This document shows, one piece after another, positions 34,899-48,736 of a stretch of 64,000 nucleotides of DNA. A program made the position numbers and the translations under genes. The DNA comes from Lepidodermella squamata. Its lineage: Eukaryota > Animalia > Gastrotricha. Below the pieces are notes generated by a model. It searched no databases, had not been told where the DNA came from, and was given only the letters and a program-made list of their open reading frames with translations. Position 1 is the stretch's first letter, and each line of letters starts with the position of its first letter. The stretch lies in the NCBI GenBank assembly GCA_047495785.1, contig JBLDXI010000017.1, positions 1,550,001 through 1,614,000 on the forward strand, given 5' to 3'.

Positions 34899-37052
34899 AT
34901 GAACGAACCACCGCCATCTGTTGATCCGTCGAATCCGCCGATTTTACAGGAGCTGATTTGCAAGGCTTGCAATAAAATTTATTTTCGACCCAGGCAGCTG
35001 AAATATTGCGGACATGTATTTTGCGCTGACTGCTTGACAGCTATTGCAAAACCAGCTCCTGTTGTAAAACCAGGCTCGCAACCAGTAACTATTGAGTGCC
35101 CTACTTGTAAAGTTATCAGCAACCTGGATCTGCCCCCTGAAAAAGGTTTCTAGTTGCCTTATTGATCAGGCGTTTATATGCCAGTTTTTAGGTCTTCGAA
35201 CTAACTTGCCGCTGCATAACATAGCTGAGATGATTCGAGCCTATGAAAAATGGTATGCTGGGGCGGAAAAGCGTCGAATTCCTCGTTCGCCGAAAAATTT
35301 GCCGATCTCGTTTCCGGAGAGGCCGTGTTGTCCGGATTCAGTCGAAAATCCGCCCCATGTCTTGTGTGATCACTGCAACGTTTTGCTTTGCTCACGTTGT
35401 GAGCTTCTTCACACGATCCAGCTTCGCGAGGAAGCTACTGACATCGGAAAATCTGTAAGCGGACTTACTCTCGTTAATTCGAATTTTATAAATTAATTTT
35501 TCAGCTTTTGGGCAGACTTGTAGATCTATGCAGGAAACTGGAGGATATCGACAAGAGAACTGGCTCGCTTGTAACTGCTGTTGATCATGGCCTCGAAAAT
35601 TTAACAAGAAACATTGCGAATTCCGTCTCGTCTTATTTCGAGATTGTCTCGCAAAACATTCAATCCGAAGCTTCTAATATCGTAGGCCAGGCGAGAAATG
35701 CAGCGAAGGAGCAATTGGAGCGCCTTCATAATACCCTTGAAAAATGGAAAGACAGCGATACGAGGAAAGAGAATCTAGTTCTGCTGAATGACGTCATCGA
35801 GGGTACTTACTCGAAAGATGTGACCGTAGTGTTAGCAGACCTTCAATCACTAGAAAAAGAAGTAGAGTTTTTACTCAATTTTGCCGGTCACAATGAGCCG
35901 AACTTTTCATTCTTCGTCAATCCTGACCTGGAGCAGACGTTGGATGAATTTTCTCAGAATTTACCGCTTGGATCGTTTGACTTTCATATGGCACCTCCTT
36001 CTCCTAGAGCGCCTCCTCCAATTACCTCGGTTAGCCAGGAAATGGCATTAAGTGCCAGTAGTGAGAGCTTGTCAAGCGGGGATCAAGGACCGATGACCCC
36101 GGAAATGACACCAATCGAACGACCGAATTTCGATGATTTATCGCCTTATAACACGTTATTTTATGAAAATCTAACTGCTTTCCGGGAGTTTTCCGGTGAT
36201 GATTTCCGTGGTAATGCCTTCAGAAGGCCTACTGCTTCATGCCTGGTAATCAGTAGATTTGTCGAACCAATGCTCGCTGTGATTCATAACAATCGTCGAA
36301 TCTCGCTATTCACCCCGGAAAATGTGGTCACTACCTTCGAAGTTCAGTTTCCCGGCCCCCAGTCGGTTTATCTCGGCTGGGATATAGCCTGTGACTTGGA
36401 CGGTTTCATGTTTGTAACTTGCCACAAGCGGACCCGTATCCTAACCTTCAAAATTTGCGATGCCGAAGTCGTTACGCCGAGTATTTTTGCTCAAATCGAG
36501 GAAAATTCCCCGAATCGTTTTCACGGCCTGGCTGTATCGAATGAGCGGCAAGAACTGTATACCGCGCTGAATACTGATGTCGCGGTTTTTGGTCTTCAAG
36601 ACGGCCAAGGGCGTTACTTAATCCCTTTTCCTACAGGAATTAGCGTCTGTCGAATATGCGGCCTATTTCCATATGAAAACATGATTAATATCGTCTTCTC
36701 GCACTCAAATGGGACGAAACTTCACTGTTTCTCTCTGCCTACAAATTACGAACTGAATGCTGACCATTTAGCTCAAACTGGGGAGAAATACACCGATTTA
36801 TCTCTGGAAGATGAATCTTTCTCAGCTATCACGCTCGATCCCAAGGGAAGTGCTGTGATTTATGAGCCTACTACGTCGCAACTTCAAGTATTCACTCGAT
36901 CTGGCTATCTCATGACGTCGTTGCCGTTTGATATCGAACCATCTAGCATCACGATTTTGCCGCCTCATCGCCCTAGAATCACCCCGATCCTTGTAATTAC
37001 GGAATCGCGTCGCAACAGCGTTACATTTTACGCTGTTAACAATTTGTATTAA
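34899..37052 (+). CDS. TRIM-NHL-like protein 3 (exons 34899-35145, 35192-35454, 35506-37052)
   Basis: RING CKACNKIYFRPRQLKYCGHVFCADC..CPTC; B-box CDHCNVLLCSRCELLH; coiled coil; NHL repeats. Confidence 0.8.
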
Positions 37053-37312
37053 CAATCTTTATTTACAAATCGTGAATCTTCATTCATAAAAATCTGCAAT
37101 ATTCATGTGGCGTCGTCACTTCTATTTTGTCGTCGCAGTTTTAACTTCGTTAATATTTTTTTGAATTTTGTTCGCTCGATATTAGCTAGCAACTCGCATC
37201 ATGCTCTTCGTCTTTTGTTATGATTCGCTCGTCAATGATTTTTCTTTCAGCTGAGCAGAAAAAAATAGTAGAATGGAAGAATTGTTTGTTGATTTTGTGA
37301 TAGGTTTTTTCA

Positions 37313-39707
37313 ATGGCGTGTAAGCGAAAACTGGAAGATTTCGACTTGGAGTATATTTTTCAGGTATACCTGCGTTATAATTACCACCCTAATGACCTAT
37401 TATAGGCATGTTTTGCTGAATTAGGAATTAATTAACACATAAGTGATTTTGCCTTATTTAAAAAATCAATAGTCAAGAAAAATATTGGTTTCAAAACTTC
37501 ATTTTTCAGAGTGTTCAATGCTCGATCTGTCACAATCTGCTGAATAACCCCAAGCAGCTTCCAGATTGCGGCCACTGTTTTTGCCTCAGATGCCTTATTG
37601 ACTTTCAAGCTCAGCATCACGGCAATACTAAAATCGCGATTAAGTGCCCCAATTGCCAGTTGATGAATGAGCTTGGACCGCGTGGTTTAGATGGTAAATA
37701 TTTATTTTATAATTTCAAAAAATTGATAATTTTTTGTTTCCAGCCATACCGACTAATGCGAACCTCTTAGCCTTGAGCCATCATTTCAGGCAGGTGAAGA
37801 AATACCCACCAGTGAAAACGCTCGAGTTGATGCCTCCATCAAACGGCAATTCAATATCAGTTGAGGCTATCCTCTCGCCCCGATGCGTAACCTCGGTTGG
37901 GTTTTTTGGCTCAAGCGTTACGTATGATATTCCCCGGTGCCGCTCGGTTGCTGAAGGTCGCTTAAAAGCACCTCAAGCGGATGCGAATAGCTGCTCAAAT
38001 TTGGACGCGACGAATCTGAAGGCGAAAATTTCCAATCTCACGAAACGCCTCATCCAACTGCCTGATTCGAACTCATTACTAAATGCCGCTAATGAAGTTT
38101 TCAACAAAATTTCCATCGACCTGGAGACGTTCGAACACAATGTTGCTCACTACGTCATGGAGTGCTATGGCCACATCTCAAAAGCGATGGAAATCGACGG
38201 CGAGAGGCTGGTTGAGGAGGCTCATGGCGTTGCGCACGGTGAGACGAAGCGCATCGAAGCGCTGATGCAAAAATGGGACGAAAATCATCGCATCGAAGTC
38301 ATTAAAAATATGGAGCAGCTGTATTTCGATTTGAAGAGGCGATTTGCGACCCAACAAAGCATCGAGATTGTTTCTGCTACACACGAATCTCTGACTCAGC
38401 TCGAACAGGACTTGAATTTCCTTGAGAATCTATGCAAACCTCTTCCGAACGATGCGATAATACAATTCAGACCCTCGGAAAATTTCTCATCGATGATCGG
38501 CACCATTGGCGATTCGTTGAAATTGGGTGACGTACTTTCGAAAATTTCGCTGGCTTCAGATGAAACTGTCAAAGTCCGAACGCCTTCTCCTGAACAAATA
38601 ATTTTGATCGAATCTGACCATCCTACTTCACCGGCCTCTATTCCATCGCCTATGCCGTCACCGCTACAAATTCCTTCGGAAATACCTGTTGACAGAAGAA
38701 AATTCGATAAAGACTTTTACTCGAAGTTAACCGAAACTAAGCTGATTACAGGTAATGACGCCATAGGTTGGGATATTCGTAAGCCTATGGCTGTATGCGC
38801 CATTCCTTCAACGCCTCCAATGGCCGCTGCAATTCACAACGGAACCAGGATATCGGTGAGTTTTCTTCAAAACAATTGAAGAAATGAAAAAATAACCGAA
38901 ATTTTTCAGATTATTTCGCTATCCGGTGAAATCACTGCGACTTACAGGGCTCGTTACCCGGCTACAATGCAAGAACATTGTTACCTGGGAAGCCAGATCT
39001 GCGCGTCCAGTGACGGTTGTCTATTCTTCACTTCATTTCGAGATGTCGAAATCTTGGCGTTGGAAACTTCGGGAAAAGTGTATGCAAAGAACGCTGTCGT
39101 CAAAATTTTGGTTGAAACCTCGGTCGAAATGCCATTTCGAGGTCTTGCGATTAATAACGACCGTAGCGAGCTGTACACGGCGACTCGAGATGCAATCAGC
39201 GCTTATTCTACTATCGATGGAGCCGTGAAATTCAGCTTTGCTCTAAGGGACCCGTTTCTCTTCGGATCCTCATTCGTTCACACGAGTTTTTCTACCGAAA
39301 ATCTAGTTTCGATTGTTTTCACGTCGGGTGATGGGAAATGTGCTAATATTTTGAAATTTCGTGACATCTCTGATCTGGCCGAAACAGATTTCAGCGTCGA
39401 AGTGTTGCCGCTTTCAAAGCAAGTTCGAGCAGTTGCGAAAAATCAATCATTCTTTGCCTCGTCGATATCTAATATAATCAAATCGATAACCGTTGACCCG
39501 GTTGGGCATTTTCTGGTTGCCTTCACTAATGTTTTGAAAGTTAAAGTTTTCGAGCGAAACGCCGAGGAGCCATTTGCCGAATTCGCCCCGCCCGACGTGA
39601 AAGCGTCATTCACTGCTACGTTGGTCGATGACGGTATCAAGCCGATAGTGCTCGCGGTTTTAACCGTGTCGAATTCAATCTCGTTGTTGAGTTACGGACA
39701 AAAATGA
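37313..39707 (+). CDS. TRIM-NHL-like protein 4 (RING, degenerate or absent B-box, coiled coil, NHL; exons 37313-37363, 37510-37693, 37744-38855, 38910-39707)
   Basis: RING CSICHNLLNNPKQLPDCGHCFCLRC..CPNC; closest paralog of protein 5 (shared LLALSHHFR and NNPKQLPDCGHCFC). Confidence 0.8.
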
Positions 39708-40091
39708 ATGCTTGTTCTTATTTTGCAAATTATATTCCTTTTGTTGTTGGCTTTTTAACATTTTGATTTGAATGTTTTTTACTACTTGCGTTGCTATATT
39801 CCACAGATTTTGTCTTGCTCATTCCGATATATACTGCTTACCATACAACGAATTGACATTGCTTGGTCTTACTGATTTAATATTGAGATGATTTTAGAAC
39901 GGTGAATAAAGGTCATTTTTATTTATTTTGTGTTTGTAGATATTTTATGACATATATTGTGACATTTAACCAGGAAGAGCTTTCATTGCCTTTTTCACGG
40001 CTTCTGTGCGCGCTGATGGCTTTCCATGGGAATTAGGACATTTTAGTGTTTTTCAGTTTATCTTGCTCATTTTGTTAGTATTTAATTTTCT

Positions 40092-43000
40092 ATGGCAAGT
40101 AAACGCAAATTCGACACTGACGAAGAAGAATTTATATTTCACGTTCGTTTTCATTATTCCGACTAATATACCCTGAATCTGCGGATATTTTCATTTTTGC
40201 AGGCCCTCCAATGCTCGCTGTGCAAGCGGTTGATCAACAACCCTAAACAACTACCCGATTGCGGGCACTGTTTTTGCTACATCTGCCTGCTTGATTTTGT
40301 TAATAATCGAAATTCCTTAGTTATTTCATGTCCGGACTGCCACCTTAACAACGATCTCAGTTCTCATTCGATTGACGGTATGTGATAACTGGGTTTTTTC
40401 CTCGATTTTTCTACTTTTCTCCGCATAGATCTGCCAACAAATGTGCCCCTACTTGCTCTCAGCCATCATTTCCGCAAGAAGTTTTCGGCTGGAACGAATA
40501 ATTTTACGGAAAACGTCGCAGTTAAGAGCGAGCCATGTTCATCCAATGGACCTATAATAGCGGCAAAACTGACAAAAATCGAACATATCATAAGTTCACC
40601 TCAGACGTTGATCTCCCCTAAAATGTCAACTGGCTTGACATTTATTGTAAAATCACCCCCGATAGCAACGCCATCTCCAGTTCCATCGGCTACTGAACTG
40701 AAATGCTGCTCATCAGTCGACCCTGCGTTTCAAACCGCGGCATATTGCAAGCATTGCAAGCAAAGCTTTTGTAAGCGTTGCGAACTCGTTCATCTCGAAA
40801 GTGTTCGAGCTCAAATTCTCGATATGGGAAAATTGCTGGCGAATCGAATATCGACCCTGCCCGGCATCGACGTGATCTCACAATCTGCTAATGATCTATT
40901 CAACAAATTGACGGCAGACCTTGAGCATGTTGAATTTTCAATTCAAAACAACGTTGTTGATATTTATGCGAAAATTTCGAAGGCCTTGCAAGACAATGCC
41001 GAACGATTGGTCGAAGAATCGAACGGTTTGATTCACGCCGAGACTCAACGAATCGAAAAATTGCTTGAGAAATGGTGTCGTGAGGAGCGGAAGAATGAAA
41101 TAATTAAGCAATTGACTGATGCTTGCCATGATATAAAGTCGAAACCGCTTCTTCAACATAGCCTTGAAACTATATCACCGATTTATGGCTACCTCACTAA
41201 ATTAAGCAGCGATATCTCCGAGGTCGAAAATTTGTGCCTACCCATTTCGCCTGAACCTCAATTGGCTGTTGTTGTTTCACCGGAATTTTCGGCCACTATC
41301 GATTCGCTTGGAAATAAGTTGCCCCTGGGCTCAATCGTCAGTATGATTAATCATTCGATACCTGAGATCTCTGCTTCGGCGATTCCAGAACCACCTCAAA
41401 CTACTCCATCTCCCACACCTGGCGGTAGTTATGATAAAACTTTCTATGAAAGTCTTCGGCTAACTGCGACGATCAAAGATGTTTGCAAATTGGGCTGGTC
41501 AATGAAAAAACCATCAGGTAATTTCAGTCCGTATAGACATTGAAGAGATCATTAAACAGACAATGAAATGTGGAAAACTAGTTCTTCGTAGGATATATCT
41601 AGAAACGAATAAGGTAATGAAGTTGCAAGCGACATGGCGTATCTAATCGTAAGGCGCGTGTACTTGGATCTTTACGCACAGGGCGTATTACAGGGCGTTC
41701 GCATAGTAATACTCTCCTAGCTTGTAAAAATAGCTTTGCTACTATTTGCATTCATTTCAGTTATTTGTAGCTACCAATTTTTAGCTCACTCGGAGTATTA
41801 ATGCGCAAACGCCCTTGTGCATGCGGTTAGTGAGCGCGCTTTTACAAATTAGTTGTATTGTTCCGGGAGTTTTCTTGCAAAAATCATGGATGATATTTCT
41901 ATGCAATATCAAATATTGAGCATAGGCGTTGGGAAGTTCTTGTTGTTCTTAAGACTCGCAGTCGCAGATGATTTCAAAGAAAAAAACGGTACTGCGATTC
42001 GGTACTATATTTTTACCGGCCTTGAGGCAACTGCAGTTTTAGACATGATTTTCTTTGGTGAATCCGAATTTTATAAATAACAGCGATTTTAAAACGTATA
42101 AAAACTCCTCAATATTTTTGCAAAGGTTCCATCTCCATTGTTCTAGCCCGAAAATGCAACACTAGTGCGGTTTTAACTAAGATAGCAACAAAGTTTTTAG
42201 CTTTGTTAAGCAGTCATTTTCTACCTTGAAATTGCTCTCCAAAAAATTCTGGTCCATCCAATTTCTGATATGGATATTTTGCCATTGATATACTACCAAT
42301 CCAATTAGAAATGGGCGTAAAAGATAAGCATTCTAGCATGGTTATTTGTGTTTTTCCTGAAATTTGATTTCTTTTGAGATGGATGTGTAATAAATTTATT
42401 TTATTTCAGCCGTATGCGTGTTGCCGCTTCCAGAACCGCTCGCTGTTGTTTTACACAATGGAACTCGTCTGACAGTATGTTGAATGCCCAGCATGTTAAA
42501 ACACATCAACTGACTTCAAATTATGTTTCTAGTTCATCAACGCCGCCGGCGAAATGACTCGCACTTTTCGCATTCACTTGCATGCTGACGAGAAGGACAC
42601 ATGTTACCTGGGACAGACAGTTGCTGCGTCGGAAGACGGGTCCATTTTTTTGACTTGCCATCTTCAAAAACGAATCCTTAGGCTGAATTACCACGAAGTA
42701 GACCTGCCATCACATGTGAAGGCTCGAGTTTTCGCCCGGGCGTCTGATGATTCGACAACTTTCAACGCTCTCGGTTGTTGTTCGCAGCGGAGGGAGGTTT
42801 ACACGTCAACCCGAGACTCGATAATCGCGTATTCGATGCAAGATGGTCTTGAAACCTTCCGATGCGGGTTCAAAGATCCAACCCATATCGGAACTTCGCT
42901 TTTACGAACTGTTTACAACCACGAAGGTTTCACCAATTTGATCTACACATCTTTGAGCGGACGAACAGCTTACGGCATTCAGCTGCCAAGTTCTGGTGAA

Positions 43001-43294
43001 ATGAAAAATACCGAAACTACCGCGAAGTTACTACCACTTTCGAGACAGCTGGGCACGATAAGCTACATCGCAGCTGATCCGAGGGGAAACTTACTGGTTC
43101 ATCACTTCAGTGGCAAGATAATTCGAGTTTTCAGTCAATCTGAGAATGACCCGATCGCTGCGATCGGTTTGACTGGGCCGGAGGTTCAGTATTTTGACCC
43201 ATCGCGATTCGTCGTAATTCCAGGCCCTCGCCCAGCCGTTATTGTTCCATGTTTCAATTCGAGCGTTATCATGGTATTCACTCCAAACTGCTGA
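40092..43294 (+). CDS. TRIM-NHL-like protein 5 (exons 40092-40142, 40203-40377, 40429-41517, 42410-42474, 42533-43294)
   Basis: RING, B-box CKHCKQSFCKRCELVH, coiled coil, NHL; all junctions GT-AG in frame; one 892-nt intron. Confidence 0.82.
41650..41845. repeat. Foldback/MITE-like inverted repeat inside the 892-nt intron
   Basis: AGGGCGTTCGCATAGTAATACTC (41692-41714) pairs with GAGTATTAATGCGCAAACGCCCT (41793-41815), with outer arms AAGGCGCG / CGCGCTTT. Confidence 0.65.
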
Positions 43295-43490
43295 ATTTTT
43301 AGCATTGTTTGTGTTAGAACTGGAAACAGTTTTTTCATTCTCGTTGTATAATATAAGTGGTCAGTATATTTGAGATATTGTTTTGCCTAATTAAAACAGC
43401 ATCTAAAAAGCATTCATGTATGCTATGGATATTATGTATTTTTTTATTTAGAGAACTTTATTGCCAGCTGGTGGTTTCTGTTAGCCAGTC

Positions 43491-46400
43491 ATGTTTACCA
43501 ACAAACCTTCTGTAAGTCACTGAATTTTCCATTTTACTATTTATAATTGAATTTTTTCAGAGTTCAACTGGGTTTTTAACGCAACATCTCCACCCTAATT
43601 ATCAGCAGAACTTGTATCTCACCCCAGTTCGCAGTCCCACCACGACATCTGGGCAGGTGAATGGGGCAGTTGGTAGCAATCATCAGCTGGCTTGGACGGC
43701 CCGAGCGAACGGCGTTATCGGCAGCGGCTTGCTTTCAGCAGCGTCATCGATGAGCAAAGGTCCTGTTGTGAAAACGAGTGACGACGGCAAAGACCGGTGC
43801 GAACATCAGGCGAGCATGTACCGCCGTTTGCTGTGCGAACATTGCGGCGAAAAGTTTTGCGATAGCTGTGAAATTACGCACAAGGAGAAGATTAAGGTGG
43901 AGATTTTGAAAATGGGCCAAGCTGTAAGTCAATTTTAAGTTTATTTATTTTAGAGCACAAACCACAATGATGAGAACGTTTCATTTATTTACCACAGCCC
44001 ATCAGGTTGACAATTTCAAGATTAACAGATATACATGGAAAAAAGAACACACACAAGTTATAGCAATGAAAATAAATTACAATTACAATTAAAACCTGTT
44101 AATCACGTGATCAATTTACTTCTTATTTATTTTTTCGACTTCTCTCAACCATAAGATCAAAATATTTAATTCATTTGTGAATTTGAAGTTAGTATAGAAG
44201 AAAATATTTTCGAAATAGTTATATGCATTCAGAGGTATCATAGTTCTTTTCAACTTAGTGGATGATTTAGCTTGATTACAACAAGAAAGATAATGTATTA
44301 ATATATGCCAACTGTCGCGAGAAGGTTCGACAGGTGCTGTACATTTCGGACACTGACCTGGTAATTTATACAAAACTGGTTTAAAAGTGGAATTGCATCT
44401 GATTCGTAGTAGTTTTATAGCAAGTTGGCTATTGATGTCTTCGACACAAGGGCAACATCATAAGGTGAGCAAGAGATATGGAGGCCTAATCTATCATGCG
44501 TCGACAGGCGAGCTCGTTCGAATAGACGTCTTTTGACCATATCCATTTTTATATTTAAAGGGCACGCAGAATTTAGCAGATGAGAACTAATTTGAGATAA
44601 AAAAATTTAGCATATAATTATGTCAATTCTATCCTTTTCGGCATCAGTATAACAGTACTCAATAGAAAGATTAAACCAAAACGTCAGGTTTTTCATATGG
44701 ATGTGGCCAAGCGTGACGTACAGAGGCAAAAGAGCCACCCAATCATATGTCTATTTTCTCGGACTCCTTTAAATTGCAGCAGGAGAAACTCTTTTTTTCC
44801 GGTTTCAATAACAGGTTTGAGAGCTTCGGATATTCCACTCAGGAGCAACTCGAAATTTTCATGGTGTATACAAACGCATACGTTCTCAGGTGTTTCGCAA
44901 GTTGACGTAAGGTTAGTGTAGCTCGTAATGTCGATTGATTACGAGCTACAGTCCTGAAGTTGATTGCCACTAGAAAGTCAACTCACGCTCAAGGTCGGCG
45001 ACATGCGTGATGTAGTCGTCTGGATTCGCGTTCTGGATGATCTCCACACGGTTGCGAACCAAAATCGTCAGCTGACGGTCGGTGGTGATAGTAGCTTTGA
45101 AGTGGGCGATCGTTTGAAGTATGACGAGCATTTTGTACATGTTGTCGCCCAGAAAAAACTTGACGCGTTCTGGTATTCATTTATCCTTAGAGGTCATTGA
45201 ACAATATATCTAACTTTGAGGCAAGAAATGTATGCAAATGCAATGACGAAGGTAAATGACGATATGGGAATAAAAAGCTATAGGTGTCATTTGAGTCCAT
45301 TTGTTCGAATATGTATTCACTGAATAAAAGGAAGGTATTCGAAAGCCTAACAAAATATCCCTGACATTAATGTTAAAGAAAAAGAAAGTAAAATGGTAAT
45401 AAAGCACGGCTAGTCGAGCGGAAAGTATATGGCCTTTCTCCAAATAAGAAATGATGGAGAAATATCGAATTTTTTAAGCGAGTTGAATGTGAATTTTTTT
45501 GCACATTTCAAGTCGTAAATAATATTGGAAAATCTGAGTTCACTATTCGTGGATGTGAGACCATACGATTATTACCTAGAACCCCAAAGCAATTAAAGTT
45601 GGCACTTGGCAGTAATATTCGCATATATTGCTCATATTTCAGAAATGAATTAAGTCGGATGTTTATTTTCTCTTCTTTATTCTTAGTTTCTCAGTCAAGA
45701 TTTCGCACTCGACCGTGAGGGAGTCGACGGTCGTGCTATCCAAGTTCGCGATCATTTGACCGTCTACGCCGAGATGGTTCGACGCAATGTCGAGTCTGAA
45801 ATCGCTAGCACGGAGCTTAAATTTCGAAACGCCGCAAACACGTTCCTTCACAAGTTGCGAACCGAAGCCGACTCTATCATTGCCCGAGCTTTCGAGCTGC
45901 GAGATGCTGAAATCGGCGATTTGGTGACTATTGGCAACGAAGCTGTTCGTTGCCTCGAGGACAAAGACCGCATTTCGCAGCTGGTTGAGCGGCTACGTAG
46001 CCAGCAGGTCTTTTTTGTCACATTGCGAGACATGTCGCTTCTTCACCGAGAGATAATCCGATATTATGGCATGAACTGCGCGGTTGACGCGTAAGTTTTT
46101 ATGTAATTTAGATGCACACTTTTTCAACCCTAAGTACACACGCTCAGGTTTATATTCCCAATTTGAGAGCCGCACATTGGAATATAATACATCGTACTTT
46201 AATGCGTTATTGCATTTATGCCTCATTTTTGAAGGATCTGTCTGCAATGATATCTGTCTGCCATAAACCATCATAGTTTTCGCGGGGAGCTATCTTTATT
46301 TGTTTATTCCTTTTCTATAACCTATACCTGATAGTCTTATATGATCAATCGTTTATCTAGGTTGCGGAACTGCTCGAATTTCTACGCCGATAAGATTTTG

Positions 46401-48044
46401 GAGTTCAATCGCCATCCTGGATTTGTACCTATGTTGGATCGCTGCCTGGAATTTTTCCACACCGTCCAACTAGGCTCAGTCAAATTCTCCTCGCCGATCA
46501 AGAAAATTCGCGAAATGCTGTCCGGTAAACAAAATTTCGACACCTCACCCTTCAAACCCTTGTTCACGAATTCGAGTCCAAATGACGGAGGCCGTCGATC
46601 TGAATTCATTGGAAAATCGTTCTACGATCGAATGGAAGTCGTTAACATCGTCTCTGGTAAAGATGCCGATGCTTGGGAAATTCGCAAGCCATTTGGTAAT
46701 TTTCAAGGTAGCTAAAAAATCCCCCTTAATTTTGCATATTTTAATCCAGGATTGGTTTGGTTGACAAATACTGAATATCTTGCCGTTGTCCACCGTCCTA
46801 AACGCATTACATTGATCACTGTCACTGGAGAAGTGAAAGCTACGTACAAATTTGCCGATCCTGACTGTCATCAAAGCGGCGGTTTGAATTTTCACGGCAA
46901 TTTGGCTGCAGATGACGAGTGGAAATTCTACTTCATCGACGAACCTGGTCTTCGTATTTTCTGTTTTGACGTCAAATCAACTCCGTTCAAAAATCGCAGC
47001 AGCGAATTGGCCATGCCGCGCGTTTTCACCCGTTTACATTCGTCTGGTGGTAGCCGCTCGGCTATTTCGCTGAATCAATTCTCGGAACCGAGTAATGACG
47101 TTGCTTTCTGTAATAAGATGAAATTTCACGGTTTAGCTGTTGGTCTCGCCCGCCGCGAGTTGTACACGGAAGCGGGCGATTCGATTGTTGCGTTCAGCCT
47201 TGCTGATGGCACACCGCGCTTTCGCTGTCTTCTCGAGCCTGCCCATCAATTTTCTTCCCACGTTCTCGGCGTTATCGATCGCCCGAATTCGATTTCATAT
47301 CTGATCTACTCAACTGCTCATGGCAATGTTTTGCACAAGAAAACGTTCCTGTCGAATGGTCTCTTGGAGGAAGGCAGCTCGGTTATTGCTTATCAGGGCT
47401 CGGATATGAATTGTGTTGCGGAAGTTCGTGGTGTTGCTAACGATCCGTCTGGAAATTTGCTCCTTGCCGACAGTAAAAATGGCTGCATCAAGGTAAAACT
47501 GAGTTGACAAACGATTTATCAAAACTCAAAATAAAAATTCCACCTTAAAATCAAGTTTTTTAAACCGATTGGAAAATTCGACTTTAAGGTGGAATTTTTT
47601 GTTTAAATTTGCGCGTGTTATTCATCCAAAGCCCATTTCCCAATCTCGCAATTATAGCAAGCAATTTGAGGGAAGACGTAACGATTTAGCTCATTTTGTT
47701 TTGTCACGCAATATTTTAGCGCGTTACGTGTTTGCGCCGCTTAGACCCTATAATTGGAGGAGTGTTTTCAATAAGGCAGCCAAATCACCTGCATTGATAG
47801 GTGTTAATGAGTTACTCACGCAATTTTTATTCCACTAGATAGGTTGCGCTAATTACTAAAATACTAAAATTCTTTCTTGCAGGTTTTCTCGGAGAATTTT
47901 CAAGTCTTCTCTTCGTTTGGATTTGGCGATCAATCCACATTCAATCCGTCAGCTGTTGCCGTTGCTTACCTAGCCAACGGCCAGCCGGTTGTGGTCGTCA
48001 CGGAGTTTTCGTCGCACCGCATCATTTTCTTCTCAGCCCAGTGA
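43491..48044 (+). CDS. RING-less B-box/coiled-coil/NHL protein 6 (exons 43491-43511, 43561-43923, 45687-46090, 46361-46695, 46750-47492, 47883-48044)
   Basis: B-box CEH..CEHCGEKFCDSCEITH; WEIRKPFG; GVANDPSGNLLLADSKNGCIK|VF; frame kept across all introns. Confidence 0.78.
44116..45450 (-). mobile_element. Degenerate non-LTR retrotransposon-like remnant in the 1.76-kb intron
   Basis: Minus-strand translation ends ...AIKLLRIRCNS..YKLPGQCPKCTAPVE..HILIHYLSCC, resembling the Cys/His C-terminal finger of LINE ORF2; upstream frames are broken by stops; no catalytic RT motif seen. Confidence 0.35.
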
Positions 48045-48736
48045 GAGTGAACAAAAATCAGAGAATCGAGCGCTGAAAATGACGCTTTTTAATCGGAAAT
48101 ATACTGGCTTGTTAAACATTTAGTGGTAAATTTACGGTGATTACGCTTATAAAACGACTAATTCCTCTATCTACTTGACAGTTTAATGCTCTAGACCCGT
48201 GCTATTTACTCATTACTCTATTTACTCATTTACATTCTATAACACGACTGTGCTAAAAATTCTTGAATTTTTCGTTTTAACACATTTTCTTCTTTCTTCA
48301 TCGAAAAAAACGATGTAAGTATTCATACTTGTGATGCTGTATCATAGCTTGTTCACAAAAGTTAAAAAGAGCATGTCTGTTCACTTCACGTGCTGCTGAT
48401 TTTATCTTTTCTCTTATTGAGAAGATTTGCTTGTTGCGCTTCGTATTGACAATATGATCATGATGTGTGCCTCACTTGTAAAGATGTACAGACAAAGCTT
48501 TTGTATCACTGTTTTACACTTGAACTTGCTCTTATGCTCAATTCCGGTTTTACTTTCGCGCTCTGTTTGCGCTTGCCTTGGTCAAACAAATATTATTAAT
48601 TTTTTTGTTTAGTTTCTCTTATTTTTTTCTGTTTCTTGGTCTTAACTCCTAGTCTAAAGCCAAATTATATCCGAATATAAGGCAAAATATATATTCATTG
48701 CATTATTGATTTTTTTCGAATTTTAGTAATTTTTTC

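Noticed and set aside
43967-44040. ATGATGA box C motif near the start of the 1.76-kb intron
   Set aside because: No CTGA box D or terminal stem at a suitable distance.
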